A DNA stretch of 64,000 nt from Phallusia mammillata (taxonomy: Eukaryota), in assembly GCA_965637545.1 (NCBI GenBank), contig OZ281494.1, positions 6,510,001 through 6,574,000 on the forward strand. Reading direction: 5' to 3'. Below, piece by piece: positions 51,388-62,455 of this stretch (position 1 is its first letter; the number at the start of each line of letters is the position of its first letter). The translations under genes and the position numbers were made by a program. A model generated the notes under the pieces. It did no database searches, had not been told where the DNA came from, and was given only the letters and a program-made list of their open reading frames with translations.

Positions 51388-52608
51388 GGCTCAAAAGCAG
51401 CTCAATATTTGTTGATAATTTAAGTGTATTTTTATCGTTTTATTTTCAGATATATATTTAATTACACTTTTTCGTTTATTTTGAAATGCATAAATTTCCT
51501 TGTGACAAACTAAAACCTTTAAATAAAACACGTAATTTACAGTTGGGAAATATAAAACAAAAACTTGGGAAAATGTTCTCTTTGCAAACTTTAGCAATTT
51601 CGTTTAGCGCTACTACGACCTACGTATCAAATAAATGTGTACGTTTCATAATCAATATATTGTATACACACATACTAAAAATATTTGCTTTTCTTACATA
51701 TGAATATAGCCACTTGACTCTTCGATCACTTTGTATATTGTTCATTGCTTTGTACAGCCCACCAAACATTACGAATATCTATTTGTATTTTGTAGTTGCA
51801 AACGTTAAACTGGTTTCTGGTTTTAATCCTAAAGTTAAACTGGTTTTAATACAAATATTTTGGAGCATATATTTTGCTGACGCATGTAAAAGTTTGTGAG
51901 TGTGATATGTTGTGTTGTAAAGCAGCCCAACAATGGGCATGTGATGCAAAACCAGTTTGAGCGCTTAAATAAAAGAGAACAGGATGGCCAATCTACGTCA
52001 GATGGTGACGTGCGTTACAATTACAAACACTACAAATCCTAACAACAACAGCAAAAAAATGAATGTTATTAATCCAAGAATAAGTCAGATATCCGATGGT
52101 AATACAATAATGCCATTTTTGTACAGAAGAGACTTACCACTTAATGATAATGCGTAAAGCAGTTTGGCCACTGAAATCCACATTACAAAAAATGTTGTAA
52201 AAATTGTCTAGAAAAATTGTTACCAAATAAGTTTACCCCTATGAAATGTGCCTTAAAAGTGATCTTTTTTAAACAGAACTTATTGTATGTTCATCTGCTA
52301 AAGCAATCTTACATATCATCGTTTCATGTACATGCACTTAAAACATACCAACATACACTGGCACTTTGCCAGTTATTTATACACGTATATTTTGGTCACA
52401 TTTTACTCGGCGTTTGCGTTTTCATAAGTGCATTAAACAGTTTACCGACATATGTTAGCATACAATTCCAGTGACAATCTAACATTATACTCCTATATAC
52501 AATATAGAATCAAGCACAATTTACGGATACCTTACTGAATGATTTGTAATGTTGCGTCAATGTACATGACAGATTTGAACACATTTTTAGTTTCCGAATA
52601 CTTTACAG

Positions 52609-53351
52609 CAGTGGTTCTCAAACTGTGCGTCGCGACGCCCTGGTGCGTCGTTTCAATTTTCCAAGGGCGTCGCAGAATATTTCCGTTTCGTAACTGAACT
52701 CAGTTTATCTCATAAAAATGAGGTTTCAGTGCGGTTAACGTATATCTACGTCCAAATACTTTTTGCGGATTTGAGTGCGGATTGACGTAAATTTACCTCA
52801 AAAGTTTTGGATCAAAAACGCGGCTGTCCGTTAATGTACGTCGAGACCAAACAGTACAAGCAGCAAGTGCGTGATAGGCGCGCGTCTGGGGCGACGCTTG
52901 TCGGGCATTAAACTTGATAATTTGATCATGTGAACGAGTCATAACAATGTAACAAAGGCGACTTTTCTAAGTGATTATTGTACAGGAGTTGCAGCAGTAA
53001 ATTTTGTGCATCAGTTTATATTGTGCGTAAGTTGAAACATTACTTTCATTGTAATTCGTTATTGATGCTGTTGAGACCTTGCAGCAGACAAGACAATGCA
53101 ATTGTGCGCAATAATTGAAACAATTAACAAAAGCCCGCACGTGATTGCCGGGTGCACTAAAAGTGTTGAGTGCAGTTTTATAACTTTGTCGAAAAACAGT
53201 TAGGTTAAAATTGTTCTCTAAGTGCTGTTTAATAGATTTAAATTAACTGTTTATTGATAAGTTTCCTCATTACCTTTTATTTGCTGGTGCGTCGCAAGTC
53301 CAGAAAACTTTTCCAGAGGCGTCGCAACAAAAAAAAGTTTGAGAACCACTG
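52609..53351. mobile_element. non-autonomous hAT (Charlie/Buster-like) element, 743 bp
   Basis: TIR CAGTGGTTCTCAAACT / AGTTTGAGAACCACTG; perfect TSD ctttacag. Confidence 0.95.
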
Positions 53352-54015
53352 CTTTACAGTGATATAAATACATTTTGCGGGCGTATTCCCCGAAAGCTTA
53401 CTTCGTGAAAAGTTATTTTGAACTGCACACAACAACTTTATAAAAGGAAGCAGATTTGCATTAGTGATTACGGATTTAGCCTCAGCGCCACTAAATACAG
53501 GGAAAGAAGCATATAAACAACTGTTTTTTCATGAAAAAGCCATTACTTATAGCGGCATTAATACATAAGCGGCTAGTTGACATTAAAGCGATGAATCAAA
53601 ATGTTCTTTTAGAGGAAAAAAGTCCAAAACTAGATGAATTGTACATGATTGGCAACAAATGACACACAAGCATTCAATGTCAAACACATTAGCAAGATAT
53701 ATAAAAATACATGTGCCCTATACTCCATAATTTCTGAAACGTTTAATTCATATTTTAAATTTTAAACAGGTTTCGTGCAGTTACTAAGAAAGTATAACCC
53801 AAACGTATATGGGTCCACTACCTATATTTTTGACGTAAATTATGGAAAAATAATTATTGTCTGATTCCGATTGCAATAGTTGTTTACAACCTACAACTAT
53901 TCATTCTGCATAATCGTTTTTAGTGTTGAGAAAGAGTTTAGGTGGACATTCATTACTGCAGAAATCGTTTAGTCGCAAAAACCACATTAAATACATAAAG
54001 TAGACTAAAGTAACT

Positions 54016-55857
54016 TTATACGTTAACTGCAGGACGGCTGTACAAATCGTTGTAAACAGTTTTTCGCTCCGTCGAGGGTCCAGTGAGTGGGTTAGATGCG
54101 TTTCCTGGAGTTTGTTGGTTAGGGGGAATGAATAAAGTATCGGTCGCTGCATGAAATGGAAACGGGTGTCCTATGCTTTTTCTTTCCTTTCTACATAATT
54201 AGAGTAATAAAAGACTTCAGTGCTTAGAAAAATCTTATTCTAACGCAATATACATATACTTGTGAATGTATATAGTCTGCAGTAAAGAAAAAAATGCGAG
54301 ATAATAATTGACATAATTTCATACCTTTAAGTTAATTTTATTTATTGTAGTTATTCAGCCAAAAACTTACTTAAATTTCCAAAACATGAACATTAATCCT
54401 GAGCATGCAAGTGTGAGCAGAACAGTTAGAATTACCAGCAAGCACAGTAGGACAGTTGCGTTTGAAGGTGCACTTGGATCTGTGAAATAAAATGATGCAT
54501 TATTGTCGAGCATAATCAGCCAATGACACCAGTTCTGTACCAAACGTTTGTCGCCATGATTCGGTTAAATGAACGCATTTGAGTGGAATCGCTAACTTAA
54601 ACAAGGCCCAATGAGGACAGATGATTGCTACAGTTTTAGGGGGTCGGGGTATTCGTGTCGAGTTTGGTTAAGGATTAACTTGAATTACAAGTTTTCCGAG
54701 TGTGATTTTAATATTGCGACAACTTCATAAATTTTCGGACAGACCAAGGGGTTCACTTCACTTTTACTTCAGGTTCGATCACCAATTATACGAATCACCT
54801 AATTTGGTTGCTTCACTATGTTATTTGACTGGCACCAGCCTTAACTTACCTTCTGCAAATTTTTCACATGACAAACTGGTGTATTTAAAATCAGGTGTGG
54901 TTTCAGTAGTTGGTGTTTTACTGGTTGATGTTGGTGAAAAAACGCTTTTGCAACGGACTGGAATTTTGGTGGTCCCTGGAATCGCTGTGCTTGCTACCAC
55001 AGATGTTGAAATATATTTAGCAGTATGAAAGCAAAATAGTTAGAATCCAAATATTTTGTTTCAGATAAACAAGTTGTAATGCAAACCTATTTGAGAAAGG
55101 TATACACAAAGCATAAATTCTTGTTTCAACAATAACATAGATTACTTTCGCAAAACATCAAATATCATTTTTAAGAAAATTCATGGTCACCTTGAGTTCG
55201 AGTTGTACTGCTGATGGCTTGGGTGTCGCAATCAAATATTTGGTATGACATCACAGCCAATGAATGATAAAACACAGTTGTTAAATTCGGTGACCAACTG
55301 GACAGAGTTTTAATTCCTTCTCTACATAAGTTACTTTTGGTGAGAACATCTTTGCATAATTCTTTGTTGGAGCCTGTTTTCATGTAGACGCGACACCAAG
55401 GACTGTTTGGCGCCGAATACTTTGCTTCTATTTTAGCAAAAACGTAGTTTATTTTCACAACGGCAAAAACAAAACAACTTACCTGGTTGACCAGGCAACC
55501 AAAAATTGAACTCGGATTTTAAGTCGAAAACGACGTTTTCCAAAACTTTGAAAACCAGCAAGCGATTTGAACTGTTGTTCTGTTGAGTGTCATTTAGCTG
55601 CCAGTCACACTTGCTCACTGTATTTTTGCCATATCCGGTGCTGTGCACCAGAATGCCTGAACTATCGGAATTAGGAAAAGGAATGCATAAGCTTGTTGCC
55701 AGTGAAAACAAACCTAAACAAAACTGGCTGAGATGCATTTTTTATGTCTTTCATATTATAATTATATCAAAATGCTATTAATGTAGGCTAATTAACTTAT
55801 AATCTGCCTTTACTTACCGGCAATTGCTGTTAACAAAAGCAGTTTTAATGCCGACAT
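54016..55857 (-). CDS. R7: intact receptor, ectodomain B with type-I tail; exons 55857-55818, 55713-55483, 55427-55191, 54993-54850, 54479-54371, 54190-54016
   Basis: MSALKLLLLTAIAGLFSLATSLCIPFPNSDSSG...KCDW...NRLLVFKVL...FNFWLPGQP; SPWCRVYMKTG...AVMSYQIFDC; stalk; TM VLLCLLVILTVLLTLACSGLMFMFW; single tail exon ...ERKTVYNDLYSRPAVNV*. Confidence 0.85.
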
Positions 55858-55929
55858 TTTTCACAGTACTTCCTGTAAAACTTATGCTCTTAATATCAAG
55901 TCGCACACAGTTGATGAGCTTAAACGTGA

Positions 55930-56040
55930 TATATCGCAGGACTTAGCCGCCACATTCTGCTATTGGTTCGTAAGTTGAGTTAGCGTGTCATCCATAATTT
56001 ATTTGCATAAAGGAGGAAGGACAGTAAGTCAAGATATTTC
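55930..56040 (-). promoter_or_regulatory. conserved upstream block shared by R7 and R8 (second copy ~63430-63545), putative promoter
   Basis: cattctgctattggttcg(t/c)aagtt (contains a CCAAT box) and at(t/a)tgcataaa(g/a)gaggaaggacagt are conserved in both copies; R7 has a perfect octamer ATTTGCAT at 56001-56008. Function is inferred only. Confidence 0.4.
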
Positions 56041-58182
56041 TAACTAAGCTATTCTTGAATGACCTTCTCCGCTTTAAAGTATGAGTTTTGCTGTTGCAAT
56101 CCAGTTTAATTTTTTTTAATCTATTTATTTACATTTTGGCATTAGTTAAGCAACAGGGCAATTCCACTAGGATGAAACTCCGATTAGACTAATTAAGGAA
56201 CTGTGAACGTTATTTTATTTGGTTCCGAAATGCTTTATTGACTCTTTACACGTACAAATTATGTTGTAAAAAATACGCATCGTTAACGGTAACAAAATAA
56301 TTTAAACTCAAACGAAATGGCACATGTTAAAAAAACACGAAATCACACATGTTATGTTTTCAAAAATATACAAATACAATGACATTTTACGTTACGCAAT
56401 GTGGAAATAAGAACCCAATTCTTGTGGTGCATAAAAAGAACTGTTGCATGCAACCTAAAATAAAACAGGTCTAAAACTGTTTTACATATGTTTCTTGCAA
56501 CAAATTATATGTTTTGTAACATTTTTGAAAGCAATTGATATTTGATGACTATTCTGGAGGTGGTTCATCGTAAACGTGGTTTTTAGGAACTTGTCCTTGC
56601 ATTGTAACAGAACAATCGTTATGGTCGTTTTGTGATGGAATTTCCGGTTCGACTCTTCCTGTTAAATGAATCAGATGAAAAAATGGTAAAATACTGTAGT
56701 GTTTGCAACATTTTTATGCCTGTAGAATTTAATAATAACATCAAAAAATGTTGCAACATGGAAGCACACATTTTGCCATAAAAAGTCAATGTTTCGTGGG
56801 ACACTTGCCGTACTCTCTATGAACCGCGTTACTACTCAAAAAGCTCTACCTTATTATTTTAAGGGATCATTACTTATTTGTACCATGATTTGTTGAAAAA
56901 GACACGTAATATAAAGATTGGCGTAACCAGCGATTCATGTCCTCAATAACGGCGTTTCAAAACAAATTTTCTCATCAACAAAGAGTTAAATTTTACCCAT
57001 TGGCTTAGGTGCGCCACAAAACGTAAATCACAACTGACATAGGGGTCCTGAAGTAGGAATGAACCTCACCTTGTTGTAAGGCAGAAGGATAAGGCACGTA
57101 AGCAGCAGAGAAAATAGACTGATGACTTTGTCGTACACTGTTTCTTTTCGACAGCTGGACCATTGGTGGGTTTCTAAACACAAAATGTAAAGCCAAAGCA
57201 ACAAACTTTCAAACCATTCAGTGAATTGTTCTAAGTAATAAACGAGATTTAAACGACATTAATAACAAACCTTACTCTTCGGGTCTGACGCCGATTTTGA
57301 AGCAAAGATACGATAAGCAGTATGCAGAATATGGTCAGCAAAATAGTCGATGTTACAACAACTATTATTTCAGTCAGTGAAAAAACTGAAAATAAAAATT
57401 CGGCATTAAAATACATTTTTTTCGTTTTGCACACCAAAACATGGTAGTTAAAATAGAAAAGTTAACAAAAAACTCAGTTATTCAAATATTTTATATATTT
57501 TTTCTTTATTCGAGTCTTGGCATAAACTACTTTGCGCATCAGTAGAAATTCATTGTGATGCTAGAGCTAACATATGTATACTAAAGTATTATTTGTCAAT
57601 AATAATCAAAGTATACATGTAACATCAAAAGAAGAGATGTCGTCTAAACTTGTTGGCAACATTGTAGATCTAGTTTTCTTTACACTTTATTTGATTTCAC
57701 TTCCTTACAAGATTGACAGACTGTGACGACAGAGTTATGACGGACATTTTTGTAAGGCGTCGAATCTACACTCTACGCTCTACCTGTTGTTGTTGTTGTT
57801 GTTGCTGTTGTGGTTGTCTGTTTGGCTTTCGTTGCGGTACAAATCAAAGGTGTTTTAGTCGTTTCGGTGGTTTCATTTTTTGTCAACCCATTTTCCAAAC
57901 ACACTACAATTCCAGATATAAGTTACTGTCAGTTATTTTGTAATGGGATGAAAATTTCATACCAATAACAGTAATAAAACTTGCAGAGCCTTGCACAAAT
58001 ATTTTACTTAGCACAATTGGTAACATTTAGTTCTGCATTGCATTGTTTTCTAATTTCGTGTAACAGTGAAAATTTGAAATGACGTTTCGTAACTTACTTT
58101 CTTTGAATTGTCTACATGACAAACTGGTGCATTCAGAATACGATGTGATTTTACTCGATGGTGATTTACTGCTAGATGTAGG

Positions 58183-58569
58183 TGTAGAATTCAAGCAGTG
58201 TGCTAATTCTACCTTTCAGTCTCTTGACTGGCAGAATAAGACAGCCGGTTTCAGATGCACTTTATTTTCAGTGATTTAAAACGGATTTTTGACCACCTTA
58301 TTTAAATAGAATCAAAACGTTACAATTACAAACAGTCCAAACAATTTACCTTATATAACATAAAATTATCCACCTCAGCAAAGTTTAATACAACACCACA
58401 GACTTAGATACTGCTGAAACAATGACTGGGCTACACGTGCAGAGACAAGAAACCGAGAAAGCAGGACGTACATAAAGTTGGCAGTTATGTCGTCACAATG
58501 AACGTATAGGTCACGGGTTACAACGGCGGGAAAAGTTTTTGCTATTGGGGAGCGTTACTGTCCGTTACA
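58183..58569 (-). repeat. 3' LTR (387 bp)
   Basis: Direct repeat of 62069-62455; I count 5 mismatches. Confidence 0.95.
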
Positions 58570-58790
58570 TACCGGCCCCTAAATAACGAACGTGGAGACA
58601 AAGTTATTTACACACAACAACAGGAGGACAGAAACGAAACACAAGAAAGTTACGCTGCCTCAAGTAAGCACAGCTTGCGAATATCGCGCGTATATACAGC
58701 TCTCGCGGTGCGAACGCGAACACTTCTGACAGCTCCTTCGCTATCAGGGCACACCACCACCACAATGCCTTTTGGTCAGGCACCTGGGGT

Positions 58791-61700
58791 TCATCTTGTA
58801 CGCGACCAAAACCAGGTCACCGGCCCCAAAGCTCTTCGTTGGTCGTACCCATAAAATTGGCAGGTAGTCGCGAAGCCACCTCTTCCAAAACGTATCTGCC
58901 AGCCACCCAACCGTACGCAGCGTTCCCCGGTAGTCGTCAGCAGTGGCGAACTTGTCCGGGGTAAGGAAACGTCCAGTTCTGGAACAATCATTCTCCTTAT
59001 CTTAACAGCCGTTACCGCAGCGCCTTCCAGATACGGCAATGCGACAGGCCTTACATGGGCCTCACCAGATTTTCCAAACATCAATGAATAGAGAATATAC
59101 CTGACTGAATCAACAAAGCAAAGATAACACACCGCACCGAACCCGGTCTTGCAAGCATTGCAAAAACAGAGCAGCTGTGTTGCAACGAAGACTACGTTGG
59201 GAGGTTTGTAACAACGCAGTGTCAAAAGATTCCAATGCTCGATCGCACTTTCGGAAAGTGGGTTGTCCCAATCCAGTTGCTGGTTGCACAGACTATGCAT
59301 TAGCTGTTTTATAGAAAGCAGAAATGGCTGGATAAATCCAAGCGGGTCGGAGACCTTACTAATCATCGAAAACACTACGACAAGGCCTTTGGTACGGTAA
59401 GACCCTTGTAGCAACTTGTCGTTTAATAATGTTCCATCGTAGGAAGCGGAACAATCGAAAAGAGTTCGAAATTTGCCACCCGTCGCGTGGTGTGGTATAT
59501 TCCGTGTTTGTTTTGTACATTTCAAACTACCTGAAAGGATTCCTGGAGCAAATCCCTGTCTCAAGTAATCCTGTATCTTTTCCCAGTACTTTCCAAGCGG
59601 TTCGGTATACTTGTGGAAGCGACGCTTTAAGTGTGACAGGCGTCGTTTTGCCAAGCTACTGTCATAGGACAGAACCGGGACGGGCAATTTCCAAGGCAAA
59701 ATCTGGTAATGTCCGTTCACTCTAGTGACACTGTTTTCTGTATTTGAAAGAACTCGTTTGTGTTTAAGTGAAAGTCCAAGGTCACTTGAACCTCTATCTT
59801 GAAAGTCAATACTGTATAACTGATCCAACTGATCAGGTAGTTTTGTGTTAGCGTGTATGTAATTTACACTCGTGTGTCTGATGTCATGTTTTCTTTCGGG
59901 GCCGAACAAACACCAGCCCAAACCAGTGCGAATAGCAACAGGGTCGCCACGAGAGCCACGTACAGCCTCGTGTTGCTCATGAGCCTCGTAAACATCGGCT
60001 GCTATGAGCAAGTCCACATCTGGACAATTTATTACAGAGAATTTGAGATTTCGAATATGCGGATACCTCTTAATATCATCAACAGTAGGAATGCTGCCTT
60101 GTAGGTTGGGTAACTTGGGGACGACCCTTAAACTTTTCAACATAAAACAAGCGCCATCGTTCAGGCCTTGTACGGACAGCGAAACTTTGCGACTGCGCAA
60201 TGTTTGTGTTCCGTTTACGGTAGTAATTGTCAAGTTGTCTTCCACACCGCTTAGCCCTAGTTTCTTGGCCAATGCTGCAGAGCACAATGACGTGTCTGAT
60301 CCGTCGTCAAGAAAGGCATGCGTGAAATGGGGTTTACAATTCCTATCCAAAACAGTAACTGGCACGACCTTAAGTCGCACAGAATGAGTCTGCAGTGTCG
60401 CAGCGGATATTCCTGGCAAACCGGCCCCGTCAACTTCCGTTGGATCGCTAGAAGATTGTACAGATAAGCGCGAAGAGTGCGCCCAATGCAATAGCGTGTG
60501 ATGCCTTTTCCCGCAGGAGTCTACACGGCATACATATTTGGACAAACATTTGTCCGCACAATGCTCGGGACGAAAACAATTGAAGCACAGTTTGTTATGA
60601 CGCACTAGCTCAAAACGTTCTTTTACTGGTCGGCTCCTAAAGGCCTCACATTTCCACAAAAAATGTGACGACCCGCATTCGGGGCATGTAGGCGTCCGTC
60701 CCGGTGAGTCGTAATTCACAAAAGACTCTTCATCTGACACTACCGAGTATGTAGTTGTGACTCGATCTGGGAACTTGCCTTTGTTGGTAACTTGTCCTTG
60801 CGACTCGCATTCCTCGTCGGAAATAAACCTCATCAATGGCGATAGAGTGTCCTCTACCAACAATTCCAAAAGATCCAACAACGCTTGAAAGGTCACTGGT
60901 TGATTTCGCAAACGAAGTTCCGAGGATCTAGTGATGAATCGTCTGATTGCAGTATGCGGCAAGCGCTGTACAACAGCCTCAATATTTTGAGGCAGATCAA
61001 GCGTGTATTTACAGTCCCACTGACTGAATATGTAACTTTCTGCAGCTTGTGCACGAAACTGTCGTAAGCCCTTGAAGTCGCTATCCTTCAATTGCGGGCG
61101 TTGTGTCAATCGGTCCATGTGTGCTCTTACAACAAGGTCTAATCTCCCATGTCTCCTCTGGAGTATATCTAATGCTTCCTTGTAACCTAAATCGGGGGGC
61201 ATGCTTTTGCATTCCAAAATGTTGGTCAGAGCATCTTCAGTGCAAAATTCACAGAGATATCCCAGCTTCTCGGCATCAGACAAATACGCCTTATTTATCT
61301 GCCGATCGAAGTCGTTCATAAACTTGTGATAGTCAAGAGGATCGCCGTCGTATTTCATTAAATGCAGTTTCGGTAAATTGAAACCTTGTTTTATAGTTTC
61401 TGCAATTACATACCAATTCTCGGTAGTCGCTGGTGGACCATGAGGGTGAGGTTTTATTGTTGCATTTAGATGTTTTTCTTCAAATGTGCTGGCCCCAGTG
61501 GCCTCTGCGCTGGTGGCAACCACTGGACCTTCTGCCTTAGTTCGGAGGGTTCGAGAAGGCCCGACAGGAACCTGTGACTTGGCTGGTGCAAGTGGTTCGT
61601 CTGTCGGGTTCACATTCGTCTTCTGTTTGTCGTCCCCATGCGAAGGCTCACACGAGTCAAACTCTCTTAAAGTTTCAGCAGCGAATTCTGCCAATTCCTT

Positions 61701-62024
61701 CTCTTGTCGGGCTTTATCAAGCTCGAGTTCCATTTCCAAATTTTGTTCTCTGGCGTTCAGTTCCATTTCCAAATTTTGTTTTCTGGCTTTCAGTTCCATT
61801 TCCAACACTTTGGACTTAATGGCGCATCGACGTTTTAGTTGTTCCATCCTTAACGTTGCAGCTTCGGCCTCACGGCCAGAACGCGAGCTGGCAGTACTTT
61901 TGACACTTAGCACAGAACCTTTAACGGACGGGTCACCGCCGTTAGTTTGTTCATGCCTGACATGATCAATCACGTCAAATAGCTCTTGTGATGTGCTGGG
62001 GATATGTTCTTCCTCGCTTGACAT
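58791..62024 (-). CDS. BEL/Pao Gag-protease polyprotein fused to fragmentary Pol
   Basis: ~1077-codon ORF: coiled-coil N-terminus, LPKLHLMKYDGDPLDYHKF (BEL Gag), CPECGSSHFLWKC / CFNCFRPEHCADKC / CRVDSCGKRHHTLLH, AFLDDGSDTSL. No YxDD RT core and no integrase HHCC/DDE region is visible. Confidence 0.85.
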   Translation of the reverse strand: MSSEEEHIPSTSQELFDVIDHVRHEQTNGGDPSVKGSVLSVKSTASSRSGREAEAATLRMEQLKRRCAIKSKVLEMELKARKQNLEMELNAREQNLEMELELDKARQEKELAEFAAETLREFDSCEPSHGDDKQKTNVNPTDEPLAPAKSQVPVGPSRTLRTKAEGPVVATSAEATGASTFEEKHLNATIKPHPHGPPATTENWYVIAETIKQGFNLPKLHLMKYDGDPLDYHKFMNDFDRQINKAYLSDAEKLGYLCEFCTEDALTNILECKSMPPDLGYKEALDILQRRHGRLDLVVRAHMDRLTQRPQLKDSDFKGLRQFRAQAAESYIFSQWDCKYTLDLPQNIEAVVQRLPHTAIRRFITRSSELRLRNQPVTFQALLDLLELLVEDTLSPLMRFISDEECESQGQVTNKGKFPDRVTTTYSVVSDEESFVNYDSPGRTPTCPECGSSHFLWKCEAFRSRPVKERFELVRHNKLCFNCFRPEHCADKCLSKYVCRVDSCGKRHHTLLHWAHSSRLSVQSSSDPTEVDGAGLPGISAATLQTHSVRLKVVPVTVLDRNCKPHFTHAFLDDGSDTSLCSAALAKKLGLSGVEDNLTITTVNGTQTLRSRKVSLSVQGLNDGACFMLKSLRVVPKLPNLQGSIPTVDDIKRYPHIRNLKFSVINCPDVDLLIAADVYEAHEQHEAVRGSRGDPVAIRTGLGWCLFGPERKHDIRHTSVNYIHANTKLPDQLDQLYSIDFQDRGSSDLGLSLKHKRVLSNTENSVTRVNGHYQILPWKLPVPVLSYDSSLAKRRLSHLKRRFHKYTEPLGKYWEKIQDYLRQGFAPGILSGSLKCTKQTRNIPHHATGGKFRTLFDCSASYDGTLLNDKLLQGSYRTKGLVVVFSMISKVSDPLGFIQPFLLSIKQLMHSLCNQQLDWDNPLSESAIEHWNLLTLRCYKPPNVVFVATQLLCFCNACKTGFGAVCYLCFVDSVRYILYSLMFGKSGEAHVRPVALPYLEGAAVTAVKIRRMIVPELDVSLPRTSSPLLTTTGERCVRLGGWQIRFGRGGFATTCQFYGYDQRRALGPVTWFWSRTR

Positions 62025-62068
62025 CTTTCTCAAGACATTTGAGAAACCAAAGAAGCCGTTTTAAATGA

Positions 62069-62455
62069 TGTAGAATTCAAGCAGTGTGCTAATTCTACCT
62101 TTCAGTCTCTTGACTGGCAGAATAAGACAGCCGGTTTCAGATGCACTTTATTTTCAGTGATTTAAAACGGATTTTTGACCACCATTTTTAAATAGAATCA
62201 AAACGTCACAATTACAAACAGTCCAGACAATTTACCTTATATAACATAAAATTATCCACCTCAGCAAAGTTTAATACAACACCACAGACTTAGATACTGC
62301 TGAAACAATGACTGGGCTACACGTGCAGAGACAAGAAACCGAGAAAGCAGGACGCACATAAAGTTGGCAGTTATGTCGTCACAATGAACGTATAGGTCAC
62401 GGGTTACAACGGCGGGAAAAGTTTTTGCTATTGGGGAGCGTTACTGTCCGTTACA
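62069..62455 (-). repeat. 5' LTR (387 bp)
   Basis: Direct repeat of 58183-58569, followed on the minus strand by a short spacer and a TGGT PBS-like start. Confidence 0.95.

Larger units (their letters stand above)
58183..62455 (-). mobile_element. BEL/Pao LTR retrotransposon, internally deleted (4273 bp)
   Basis: Two 387-bp LTRs with TG...CA ends and a 5-bp TSD gtagg (58178-58182, 62456-62460); PPT-like aggggccggta next to the 3' LTR; Gag with three BEL-type Cys/His knuckles; protease FLDDGS; RNase H-region remnants and the C-terminal FWKRWLRDYLP motif in another frame. Confidence 0.95.

Noticed and set aside
51486-51899. 137-aa ORF downstream of R6
   Set aside because: AT-rich low-complexity translation with no splice context or motifs.
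57713-57943. ORF with a poly-Cys run (TCCCCCCCCG)
   Set aside because: It is the antisense of the (ACA)n Thr-rich stalk exon of R8, not a metallothionein-like protein.
59429-61965. Plus-strand ORFs of up to 159 aa overlapping the retrotransposon
   Set aside because: Antisense shadows of the GC-richer Gag-Pol frame with no recognisable motifs.
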